Below are positions 38,397 through 47,125 of a stretch of 55,659 bases of DNA, in pieces. The translations under genes were made by a program, and so were the position numbers. The notes under the pieces were generated by a model that did not search any database, had not been told where the DNA came from, and saw only the letters and a program-made list of their open reading frames with translations. Origin of the DNA: an uncultured Mycoplasmatota bacterium (GTDB lineage Bacteria > Bacillota_I > Bacilli_A > RF39 > UBA660). The stretch spans positions 1 through 55,659 of the forward strand of contig CAMOYI010000038.1 in the NCBI GenBank assembly GCA_946629885.1, written 5' to 3'. Position 1 is the stretch's first letter; every line of letters starts with the position of its first letter.

Positions 38397-39419
38397 CTAT
38401 TCTTCCATATCAAAAAGTGTATATGAATGGTTAATTCCTAGATGAGCATATGATTTCTCAGTAGCAATCCTTCCACTTCTAGTTCTTTTTATGAATCCCT
38501 CTTGTAGCAAGAATGGTTCTACTACGTCTTCTATGGTAGTTACTTCCTCTCCAATGCTAGTAGCGATTGTTTCGAGTCCAACCGGTCCACCATTAAATTT
38601 TTTAATTAAGCTGCGTAGGTATTCAATGTCTATTTCATCTAATCCATAGTTATCGACTTTCAACCTATCGAGTGCCTTTTTAGTTGTATCTAAGTTTATC
38701 TTTTCATCATTTGCAACGAGAGCGAAATCTCTAACTCTTTTATATAGTCTATTGGCAATACGAGGAGTTTTTCTAGATCTCTTAGCAAGCTCAGCTGCAG
38801 CATCACTAGTTATCTCTACTCCCATTATTTTGCTTGTTCTTTTAACAATAGAGGCTAATTCATCGTCGGTATAATAGTTTAATTTACATATTATTCCAAA
38901 TCTATCTCTTAATGGACTAGATAAATCGCCGCTTCTCGTCGTCGCTCCAACTAAAGTAAATGGTGGCAAATTAATTTTAATGCTCTTACTGTTTCCTTCG
39001 GTACCTATGATTATGTCTAGTTGAAAATCTTCCATTGCAGGATACAATATTTCTTCTACGAACCTCGGCATCCTATGTATCTCATCTATAAATAATACAT
39101 CTCCTGGCTCTAGCGTAGATAGTATTGCGGCCAAGTCTCCACTTTTTTCGATGGATGGCCCACTAGCAGTTTTAATATTAACTCCTAATTCGTTTGCAAT
39201 TATATGTGCAAGTGTCGTCTTACCTAATCCAGGAGGACCATAAAGAAGGACGTGATCAAGCGATTCATTTCGCATCTTTGCTGCTTCTATAAATACTCTA
39301 ATGTTTTCCTTTACATCAGTTTGCCCAACGTAATCGTCTAATTTAGATGGACGAATATTATTTTCAAATTCGTCTTGTATAGTCTTGTTTTTATCTAATA
39401 TATCGTCTTTTTCTCGCAT
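38397..39419 (-). CDS. ruvB: Holliday junction branch-migration helicase RuvB
   Basis: Contains [14 protein letters not shown] (Walker A), VLFIDEIHR (Walker B) and the winged-helix tail. Confidence 0.95.
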   Translation of the reverse strand: MREKDDILDKNKTIQDEFENNIRPSKLDDYVGQTDVKENIRVFIEAAKMRNESLDHVLLYGPPGLGKTTLAHIIANELGVNIKTASGPSIEKSGDLAAILSTLEPGDVLFIDEIHRMPRFVEEILYPAMEDFQLDIIIGTEGNSKSIKINLPPFTLVGATTRSGDLSSPLRDRFGIICKLNYYTDDELASIVKRTSKIMGVEITSDAAAELAKRSRKTPRIANRLYKRVRDFALVANDEKINLDTTKKALDRLKVDNYGLDEIDIEYLRSLIKKFNGGPVGLETIATSIGEEVTTIEDVVEPFLLQEGFIKRTRSGRIATEKSYAHLGINHSYTLFDMEE

Positions 39420-39428
39420 GAAAACCTC

Positions 39429-39986
39429 CTACTTTAATAATAATTTTAGTGCATCTTTTACTTGTTCTTCTATAGTCTTATTTTTATCTATTTGGGATAT
39501 AACCTTGTTTATATCAATGGATTTATATCCTAAACTTTCTAATACGTTTACTAGTTCAAATGAATCGGTACTACTACTCTTACTTACGTCTATTGATCCA
39601 AGTTTACCTTTTAAATCCAAGACTATTTGCCTAGCTAATTTTTCTCCAACTTTTGGAAACTTCTTCAAATATAGTACATTTTCTCTTTCGATAGCGTCTA
39701 TTATTCCCTTTGTAGATCCCGTTGCAAAAAAACCGATGCCAACCTTTGGACCAAGCCCTTTAACCCCTAGTAAGCGCAAGAATAAATCTCTTTCATCTCT
39801 CGACTTAAACCCATATAATGAGTTTTCATCTTCTCTAATTTGATTATATAGATATACAGTTACGTTTTCATTTTCTTCATAACTATATGGATTTGCAACA
39901 TATACTGTATAACCTATACCGCTATTATCTATGACTATAAAGTTGCTTTCTATTATCGTTACTTTTCCAGTAATATAATTATACAT
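39429..39986 (-). CDS. ruvA: Holliday junction DNA-binding protein RuvA
   Basis: Starts MYNYITGKVT, with FGF..RDERDLFLRLLGVKGLGPKVG (HhH motifs). The ATG at 39986 follows GGAGGG. Confidence 0.9.
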   Translation of the reverse strand: MYNYITGKVTIIESNFIVIDNSGIGYTVYVANPYSYEENENVTVYLYNQIREDENSLYGFKSRDERDLFLRLLGVKGLGPKVGIGFFATGSTKGIIDAIERENVLYLKKFPKVGEKLARQIVLDLKGKLGSIDVSKSSSTDSFELVNVLESLGYKSIDINKVISQIDKNKTIEEQVKDALKLLLK

Positions 39987-40037
39987 AACATACCCTCCAA
40001 ATACATTATACAAAAAAAATAAATAAAAAAAAAGACA

Positions 40038-40982
40038 TTAGTCTTTTCTCTCATGCAATTTAACTACACAAAGAAGTTTTTCTGTTATATCATCTATGCT
40101 AATTTCGTGAGTGCTTTCGTCATAACTGATAGTAACATTTTTATTACAGTGTGAAGACGAATACTCGTACTTATCATAGTCTATGTTATCTTTATCAATC
40201 GGAGTAATATCACTATAGGTATCATCTAAATATAATAATTCGATTTCCTGCTTACTAGCCTTTTTAAAATATATATCACATGCAATGTTTTTAGCATCTG
40301 TTTCAATATCTATATCATTTTTTTCTTCATTCCAAGTTATTGTTGCATCCTCTGTACAAATAGTATCGAGATACAAGTATTCTCCGTTGCTATCAGGATT
40401 ACTTAGAACTTCCACTGGGTTTGAAAGATCTTTATCTAAAAGTATAGTTCTTTTTACTAGTGGTTCTTCATAGTATCCTTCTACTATATTAGAGTATATG
40501 TCGTTATCGACATAGCCACTACTAATTGTAAAAGATACTTCTTGCTCAGTACTTGTAGCGTTATCGATTACTATTCTTATAGAAACTGATGCACCGTTAG
40601 TTCCAATGATACCATAGGTATTTGGTCTTTGATTATATGAATAATAAACTTTAACATCATCACTATTTGTTTCACAATTTAGGGCATATTTTGTATCAAT
40701 ATCATTTTTACTAGTTAAAGTAAAATTTACTATCTTTTTATCATTAGCACCAACTTTTATCGTAGTTGACTCGCTTTTATCATTTGATAATGTATAGCTT
40801 AAATCTGCTATTTTAATGTTGATGGCATTTTGCTCCTTGCTAATTACAAATGATGAGTATGTTATTCCAGTGAAAATTGTAAAAATTGCAATAAGAGAGA
40901 TGATAACAAAAAGACGCGATTGAGTTTTATCTGCGTAATTGATCTTATTGATAATTTTTTTAGTCTTTTTAAAAATTTTCAT
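40038..40982 (-). CDS. hypothetical secreted or anchored protein, N-terminus reminiscent of the TasA/camelysin (SipW-type) signal
   Basis: A basic N-terminus and TM helix are followed by GITYSSFVISKEQNAINIKIADLSYTL, which resembles the TYAxFxD...N motif of SipW-dependent signals. The rest is beta-rich and acidic. Confidence 0.4.
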   Translation of the reverse strand: MKIFKKTKKIINKINYADKTQSRLFVIISLIAIFTIFTGITYSSFVISKEQNAINIKIADLSYTLSNDKSESTTIKVGANDKKIVNFTLTSKNDIDTKYALNCETNSDDVKVYYSYNQRPNTYGIIGTNGASVSIRIVIDNATSTEQEVSFTISSGYVDNDIYSNIVEGYYEEPLVKRTILLDKDLSNPVEVLSNPDSNGEYLYLDTICTEDATITWNEEKNDIDIETDAKNIACDIYFKKASKQEIELLYLDDTYSDITPIDKDNIDYDKYEYSSSHCNKNVTISYDESTHEISIDDITEKLLCVVKLHERKD

Positions 40983-41070
40983 TCAATCTCTCTTCTCTAG
41001 CATAATTACAACTTATAGTATATCAAATTAGTCAATTTAACTCAATGAAAAAAACTATTATAAATAGGAT

Positions 41071-42345
41071 TCAATCTTTAAATGTAAATATGTAACCGAG
41101 TATATCTACTTCGTCGCCTCTTTTAGCGCCAAGTCTCTCTAATTCTTCATCTACACCCATAGAACGCAGTTTTCTTGCAAATCTAATAGTGCCTTCTTCT
41201 GTTTCAAATCTAGTCATCTTAAATAATTTCTCTATTTTTTCACCCTTTAGTACCCATGTATCATCTTCTTTGATAATACTAAATGGCAATTCTTCTTTAA
41301 ACTTATATAAGACGTGATTCTCCATCTCATCTTCATCATATAGTTCACTACTGGAAGTAGAATCCAATATGTCTGCAAGGCGTGTCAAAAGTGAATCGAA
41401 TCCTTGGTTTAACATCGCACTTATTTCATATACTTCCAACTCAGGATAATGTTTCTTAAATTTAATGAGATTTTCTTTAGCACCATCAAGATCCATCTTG
41501 TTTGCAATGACAATTTCGCACTTTTTAGAAAACTTTTTGGAATATTTTAATATTTCCTCGTTTATAATTCGATAATCTTCTATTGGGTCTCTTCCCTCAC
41601 TTGCTCCCATATCTATCACATGGGCAAGCACTCTTGTACGAGAAGCGTGTCGTAAAAATTTATGACCTAATCCAATTCCTTCACTTGCACCTTCTATAAG
41701 GCCTGGCAAATCGGCCATAGTAAATATTCTTCCATCTTTTAATTTGACAACGCCTATATTTGGATTTAATGTAGTAAAATGATATGCAGCGATTTTTGGT
41801 TTTGCATGGCTAATCATCGATAGAATAGTACTCTTACCAACACTCGGCATTCCTATTAATCCGACGTCTGCTAAAACTTTTAGTTCACATTTTACTACCC
41901 TTTCTTCTCCTGGTTCTCCCTTTTCGCTAAAATTTGGTGCAGGATCAGAATGAGTTGCAAATGCCTTATTTCCTCTACCTCCACGTCCACCTTTTGCGAC
42001 TATGGCCTCTTGTCCATCTTCGATGATATCTGCAATTATGAGTTTCGTATCTTCATCCATGACAGTCGTTCCAAGAGGGACCTTGATAATCACATTATCT
42101 CTATTCGCTCCATATTTGTTAGATCCCTTGCCATTGATGCCCTTATCGGCCTTGATAATTTTTTGGTATCTAAGATCGACCAATGTCTTAAGACTCTTAT
42201 CACCAACGAAAACAATACTGGCTCCTCTACCTCCATTGCCACCGTCTGGTCCTCCCATCGGTTCACATTTTTCTCTTCTGAAACTAGTACAACCATCGCC
42301 GCCAGCGCCAGCATATAATTTAACTATTACTTCATCTACAAACAT
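41071..42345 (-). CDS. obg: GTPase Obg/CgtA
   Basis: Starts MFVDEVIVKLYAGAGGDGCTSFRREK, with glycine-rich Obg-fold repeats, GMPSVGKST and DLPGLIEGA, plus a C-terminal OCT domain. Confidence 0.95.
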   Translation of the reverse strand: MFVDEVIVKLYAGAGGDGCTSFRREKCEPMGGPDGGNGGRGASIVFVGDKSLKTLVDLRYQKIIKADKGINGKGSNKYGANRDNVIIKVPLGTTVMDEDTKLIIADIIEDGQEAIVAKGGRGGRGNKAFATHSDPAPNFSEKGEPGEERVVKCELKVLADVGLIGMPSVGKSTILSMISHAKPKIAAYHFTTLNPNIGVVKLKDGRIFTMADLPGLIEGASEGIGLGHKFLRHASRTRVLAHVIDMGASEGRDPIEDYRIINEEILKYSKKFSKKCEIVIANKMDLDGAKENLIKFKKHYPELEVYEISAMLNQGFDSLLTRLADILDSTSSSELYDEDEMENHVLYKFKEELPFSIIKEDDTWVLKGEKIEKLFKMTRFETEEGTIRFARKLRSMGVDEELERLGAKRGDEVDILGYIFTFKD

Positions 42346-42349
42346 AACA

Positions 42350-43039
42350 TCACCTCACTTTATTATTTTTTAATAGTTCCTCTTCTATTACTAATTGAAT
42401 AGGTTTGTCTCTATCCGACAAAAACATTTCCTCATTCCAAAGTCTTTTTATTATTAATTTGATGTCACTAATCTTTATTTGGACTTTTTCTTTTCTAACT
42501 CTTTTTTCTTTTATAGCTTCTTTTATATAGCCAATTAGCGTCATAAGTTCTAGAACAGATGTAATAACAATTGAAAAAGTTGCTACAGTATTCATGTGTT
42601 CTATTTTTAAAAGAGTTAATGCTACAAATATGAGCATTAAACTGAAAAAGAATGTTTTTAACTTACCAACTCTAGATGATGATCCAGACTTTCTATTGAT
42701 AGCCCTTAGAGTATTTACCAATGATATTGCAAGTTCTAAAGATAGAGGTATTATCAACATTTTTTCTGTTTTAATTAAAACTATTATTGATAGTATTCCA
42801 AGTAATTTATCAGAAGCTTGATCTAAATGAAATCCTCCTTTAGTACATACTGAAAACTTCCTCGCAAGAATACCGTCTAGAAAGTCGCTCAATAGAACCA
42901 TACTTAAGATAGAAATTGCAATTATATGATTAATTCTATAAAAGAAAAACGGTAATAGAAGTGCACACAAAACTCTTGTCAATGTAAGAGCATTAACAAT
43001 TATTTTAATGATTGCTCTTGTTTTTTTGTCATATTTCAT
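42350..43039 (-). CDS. CDP-alcohol phosphatidyltransferase family protein
   Basis: DFLDGILARKFSVCTKGGFHLDQASDKL fits DG(x)2AR(x)8G(x)3D(x)3D. It is polytopic and has an extra charged C-terminal tail. Its start overlaps the valS stop (ATGA). Confidence 0.75.
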   Translation of the reverse strand: MKYDKKTRAIIKIIVNALTLTRVLCALLLPFFFYRINHIIAISILSMVLLSDFLDGILARKFSVCTKGGFHLDQASDKLLGILSIIVLIKTEKMLIIPLSLELAISLVNTLRAINRKSGSSSRVGKLKTFFFSLMLIFVALTLLKIEHMNTVATFSIVITSVLELMTLIGYIKEAIKEKRVRKEKVQIKISDIKLIIKRLWNEEMFLSDRDKPIQLVIEEELLKNNKVR

Positions 43040-45576
43040 CTATTTATCAACTCTTCAAGTTTTTTCTTTTCTTCTATCAACTTTTGTCTATCCATATCTA
43101 CAATATTTTTAGGAGCTTTGTTGACATAATTTTCGTTAGATAGAAGTTTCTCTCTTCTATTAATCGAATCTGTTAGTTCCCTAATTTTATTTTCTATAAG
43201 AGCTTTGTCCTCTTCACTTTCGGTACGCTCAAAATAAATTTGAGCCTTAATATCTGAAGAATATACACTGTATGATTTAATATTCATTGGTTCTTTAACT
43301 ATATTGTCAGATATTCTAAGCATATTAACTATTAAGTCTAGATGTTCTCTAGTTTCGAAATACACAGACATTTCTTTAGTTATGTTATTTTCAGCTTTGA
43401 TGTTCCTGAATGTTTTGATAAATTCAACAACATTATCGATTTGTTTCTCCTCAAGTGAAAATACGTATTCTTTTTCATACTTAGGATATGTACTCATCAT
43501 AATTTCGTCTGAATCTCTAACCGGAAGTTTTGAATATATTTCACTTGTAACAAATGGCATAAATGGATGGAGCATACCCAATATTCCACTCAATACATAA
43601 CATAAAGTCGATTTAGTACTTTCTTTTTCAATAGAATATTTGCTCATCTCGATATAATTGTCACAGAAACTTGTCCAAATGAAATCATAAATTGTTGCTC
43701 CTGCATTATTAAATTCATATCTATCCATAAACTTTTTAACATCTTTTATTGCCTTTTCGTACTTAGTGAGTATCCATTTATCTACTAGTTCTAAGTTAGA
43801 TAAATCTATTCTACTTAATCCATCTATATTTGATAGTACAAATCTCGAAGCATTCCAAATCTTATTTATGAATCCCCATGTAGATTTTATTTTTTCTTCA
43901 TCAAATCTCATGTCAGTACCTGGAGCAACATCCGTCGCTAGATAATATCTTAATGCATCAGCACCATATAATTCGATCATATCGAATGGATCGATTCCAT
44001 TTCCTAGTGATTTACTAAATTTTCTTCCTTCTTTATCCCTAATTAAACCGTGTATTAGGCAAGTTTCGAATGGCCTTTTGCCCAATAGTTTTTCACCTTG
44101 AAATGTCATTCTATTTACCCAGAATGGTATGATATCATAACCTGTTACTAGACAACTGTTTGGGTAATATTTTTCTAATAGTTCTGTCTTTTGTGGCCAA
44201 CCGAGAGTTGCAAATGGCCATAGAGCGCTCGAAAACCAAGTGTCTAACACATCATCGTCTTGAATCCAACCCTCACCATCTGGAGCTTCCATACCGACAT
44301 ATACTTCATCGCCTTTATACCAAGCTGGTATTCTATGTCCCCACCATAACTGTCTTGATATACACCAATCATAAGTTATTTCCATCCAGTGATTCATCGT
44401 TTTTTCAAATCTTGTAGGTATAAAATTGACTTTTGTTTCTCTATCAGCTTGATTTTTTAAAACTGTATCTGCAAGAGGTCTCATCTTTACAAACCACTGT
44501 TTCTTTACCATAGGTTCGACCATCACGCCAGTCCGTTCTGAGTGTCCTACTTCGTGAACTAAAGGTTCGATATTAATTAAGAGGCCCAAGGCATCTAAAT
44601 CTTCTAATACGATTTTTCTTGCTTCTTCTCTAGACAATCCCCTATACTTTTCAGGAACATTTTCGTTCATAGTGGCATCGTCATTCATTATGTTAATTCT
44701 TTCTAAGTTGTGTCTTAGTCCAACTTCGAAATCGTTAGGATCGTGGGCAGGTGTAATTTTAACTACACCTGTACCTTTTTCTGGATCGGCATGTTCATCT
44801 GCAATTATCGGTATTTCTCTACCGACAATTGGTAGCACTACCTTTTTTCCTATTAGGTGCTTATATCTTTCGTCATTTTCATTTACTGCAACAGCCGTAT
44901 CCCCAAATAGTGTTTCAGGTCTCGTTGTTGCAACATCCAAATATTCACTAGATCCCTCGATTTTATATTTGATATGATAAAAAGCGCTTTTTTCACTAGA
45001 ATAGATTACTTCTTCATTGGATAATGCAGTTTTTGCTACTGGATCCCAATTTATTATTTTTTCTCCTCTATATATTAGTCCCTCGTTATAGTAGTCTACG
45101 AATACGCGTCTAACAGCTTCTGATAGACCTTCATCTAAAGTAAATCTCTCTTTTGAGTAATCTAAAGCGATACCCATTTTAGCCCATTGTGCTCTAATTA
45201 TGTCCCCGTGTTCTTTAGTCCAATCCCAACAGGCTTCTAAAAATTTATTTCGACCATATTCATATTTATTGATTCCATTATCTTTTAATCTTTTTACAAC
45301 TTTAGCTTCTGTTGCGATTGCCGCGTGATCCATACCCGGAAGCCATAAAACGTCGTAACCTTCCATTTTTTTATATCTAACTATAATATCCTGTAGTGTA
45401 ACATCCCAAGCATGACCTAAGTGAAGAACACCTGTAACATTTGGTGGTGGCAAAACTATACAAAATGGTGGTTTATCCGATTTTACATCACAAGCGAAGT
45501 AGCCATTAGCTTTCCACTTTTCATACTTGTCTTGCTCAACTGCAGTATGATCATATTTCTTTTCTAATTCTTTCAT
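43036..45576 (-). CDS. valS: valine--tRNA ligase
   Basis: Contains PPPNVTGVLHLGHA (HIGH), KFSKSLGN (KMSKS), an editing domain and a C-terminal coiled coil. The ATG at 45576 follows GAGGAG. The upstream in-frame extension overlaps the serpin gene. Confidence 0.95.
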   Translation of the reverse strand: MKELEKKYDHTAVEQDKYEKWKANGYFACDVKSDKPPFCIVLPPPNVTGVLHLGHAWDVTLQDIIVRYKKMEGYDVLWLPGMDHAAIATEAKVVKRLKDNGINKYEYGRNKFLEACWDWTKEHGDIIRAQWAKMGIALDYSKERFTLDEGLSEAVRRVFVDYYNEGLIYRGEKIINWDPVAKTALSNEEVIYSSEKSAFYHIKYKIEGSSEYLDVATTRPETLFGDTAVAVNENDERYKHLIGKKVVLPIVGREIPIIADEHADPEKGTGVVKITPAHDPNDFEVGLRHNLERINIMNDDATMNENVPEKYRGLSREEARKIVLEDLDALGLLINIEPLVHEVGHSERTGVMVEPMVKKQWFVKMRPLADTVLKNQADRETKVNFIPTRFEKTMNHWMEITYDWCISRQLWWGHRIPAWYKGDEVYVGMEAPDGEGWIQDDDVLDTWFSSALWPFATLGWPQKTELLEKYYPNSCLVTGYDIIPFWVNRMTFQGEKLLGKRPFETCLIHGLIRDKEGRKFSKSLGNGIDPFDMIELYGADALRYYLATDVAPGTDMRFDEEKIKSTWGFINKIWNASRFVLSNIDGLSRIDLSNLELVDKWILTKYEKAIKDVKKFMDRYEFNNAGATIYDFIWTSFCDNYIEMSKYSIEKESTKSTLCYVLSGILGMLHPFMPFVTSEIYSKLPVRDSDEIMMSTYPKYEKEYVFSLEEKQIDNVVEFIKTFRNIKAENNITKEMSVYFETREHLDLIVNMLRISDNIVKEPMNIKSYSVYSSDIKAQIYFERTESEEDKALIENKIRELTDSINRREKLLSNENYVNKAPKNIVDMDRQKLIEEKKKLEELINR

Positions 45577-45580
45577 AATA

Positions 45581-46804
45581 TTACTCCTCACTTTTGCAAG
45601 TATTACCTTGCCACTTGTTTGGTTCATATACTGCACCTACAAATAGCATTTCTCCAGAATTTTTTTCTCTAATTATATACATAAATGGTTTATCAAAAGC
45701 CATATTTATCTCTTTTTTTTCTTGTACCACCATAGATTTTTCTAGTAAACCAAAATATGTAACCGCTGCTGCCTTTGTGCCATTTTCACTCAAGTCAATG
45801 TGTGTCTTATGTACAGCTTCACCAACGTATATTTCCTTTTCAGTAATATTTTTAAAATTCGCACTTTCCGTAAACGCAGCTTTAATTCCCATAGCATTTA
45901 ATACCCCAATAAAATCATCGATTGTATAATCATATTCAAATCTCGGAAGCATTAAATTCAATCTTTCGTTATTTTTTAAACTTGTTCTCGAGTCAATAAT
46001 CTTTGAAATGTCATCTTCAGTTAGATTATCTATGTAGTCATTTAAGCTCTTTTCTGGCATTAATCCTATAAATTCTAGGTTTATATTTTCACCTTTAACA
46101 TCACTATAAGTCTTATATGGTAATACAATTCCTTTAACTCCATCTAAATCGATATATTCAATTTCGTCAAATGCTTTATTCATTCCCTCGACATATACTA
46201 CTCCAGTTGGCGAATTAAATTTTTCCTTGCTCGTCATATTGCATTCAAACTTATATTGCCATTCGACATCTATTGCAAGCGCATTTGATAATCCAACAAC
46301 AAAATTAGGATTGATAGAATCTAGTATTTTATTAATCATATGTTTAGTTTTCTCATCTACCCATTTGTTAATCATATCAGGTGTTTTAAAACTATCATAA
46401 ATTATTTCGCTTGCATACTTACTCTTCATGTCGTTAACAAAACTTTTCTTGATGCTATTTGAATATGTATCCTTAATAAATAATGCGTTTGCAACAGAAA
46501 TATGGTCTTTTACATCCAACAGTTTAATGCTTCTATTTGGAATGATATCAGACAATTCTTTATGAGTATTACCACTTGAACCGTCTTTTAACATAGATAG
46601 CGCTATTTCAATTGAATATGGACTAATCAAGTAATTGGTTTTTTTATTTTTATTTACTTCTTTTATAAGTCGAAGATTAAAATTGGAATTGTCTTGTCTT
46701 ACTTTTTCATACTTTTCTATACTATCCATTTTTTTATTAATTAGGAATAACGCTCCCGCAAGGACGAGAATAATAATGATCATGTTTAATAAGTTTTTTT
46801 TCAT
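45581..46804 (-). CDS. serpin-family protease inhibitor with N-terminal signal anchor
   Basis: About 407 aa. NYLISPYSIEIALSMLKDGSSGNT is the serpin N-terminal motif. The hinge ENGTKAAAVTYF and the C-terminal FDKPFMYIIRE...LFVGAVYEP are typical of inhibitory serpins. The ATG at 46804 follows AAAGGAG. Confidence 0.85.
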   Translation of the reverse strand: MKKNLLNMIIIILVLAGALFLINKKMDSIEKYEKVRQDNSNFNLRLIKEVNKNKKTNYLISPYSIEIALSMLKDGSSGNTHKELSDIIPNRSIKLLDVKDHISVANALFIKDTYSNSIKKSFVNDMKSKYASEIIYDSFKTPDMINKWVDEKTKHMINKILDSINPNFVVGLSNALAIDVEWQYKFECNMTSKEKFNSPTGVVYVEGMNKAFDEIEYIDLDGVKGIVLPYKTYSDVKGENINLEFIGLMPEKSLNDYIDNLTEDDISKIIDSRTSLKNNERLNLMLPRFEYDYTIDDFIGVLNAMGIKAAFTESANFKNITEKEIYVGEAVHKTHIDLSENGTKAAAVTYFGLLEKSMVVQEKKEINMAFDKPFMYIIREKNSGEMLFVGAVYEPNKWQGNTCKSEE

Positions 46805-46819
46805 ATAACCAACTCCTTT

Positions 46820-47020
46820 AAAAAAAGAGCTATAATACAAGGACGATTTTGTCGTGGTACCACCTTGCTTTATAACTCTACTAGTTAACTTATTTTACTT
46901 AACGCGTAATGCTCGATCTTTCTCATTCTGCAACATTCCCTAGATATACTAATTAGTTTACACCAACCACTAACTCTCTATGTAGCACTCTCTAAGTACT
47001 CCTCAGAACTCCTCAAAAGT
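46820..47020 (-). promoter_or_regulatory. T-box leader RNA, candidate Val (GUU) specifier
   Basis: The minus strand contains AGUA and AGAGAG elements. A distal hairpin UUAGU-GGUUGGUGUAA-ACUAA follows. Next comes GAA-U-GUU-G (GUU at 46932-46934), then the T-box core AAGGUGGUACCACG (46853-46866). AAGG[UGGUACC]ACGA-CAAAA-UCGU-CCUU forms the bulged helix. A U-run (46820-46825) precedes the serpin RBS. Confidence 0.7.
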
Positions 47021-47027
47021 TAATTTG

Positions 47028-47056
47028 ATTATACACTAGCTCATACTTATTTTCAA
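47028..47056 (-). promoter_or_regulatory. sigma-A promoter for the T-box leader
   Basis: Minus strand reads TTGAAA, exactly 17 nt, TATAAT. Confidence 0.65.
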
Positions 47057-47125
47057 TAGTTTTATTCTCTTTTAGTATTGTAAAATTATCTCTAATATTA
47101 TATAATTGTATAAGAATAAAAGGGT

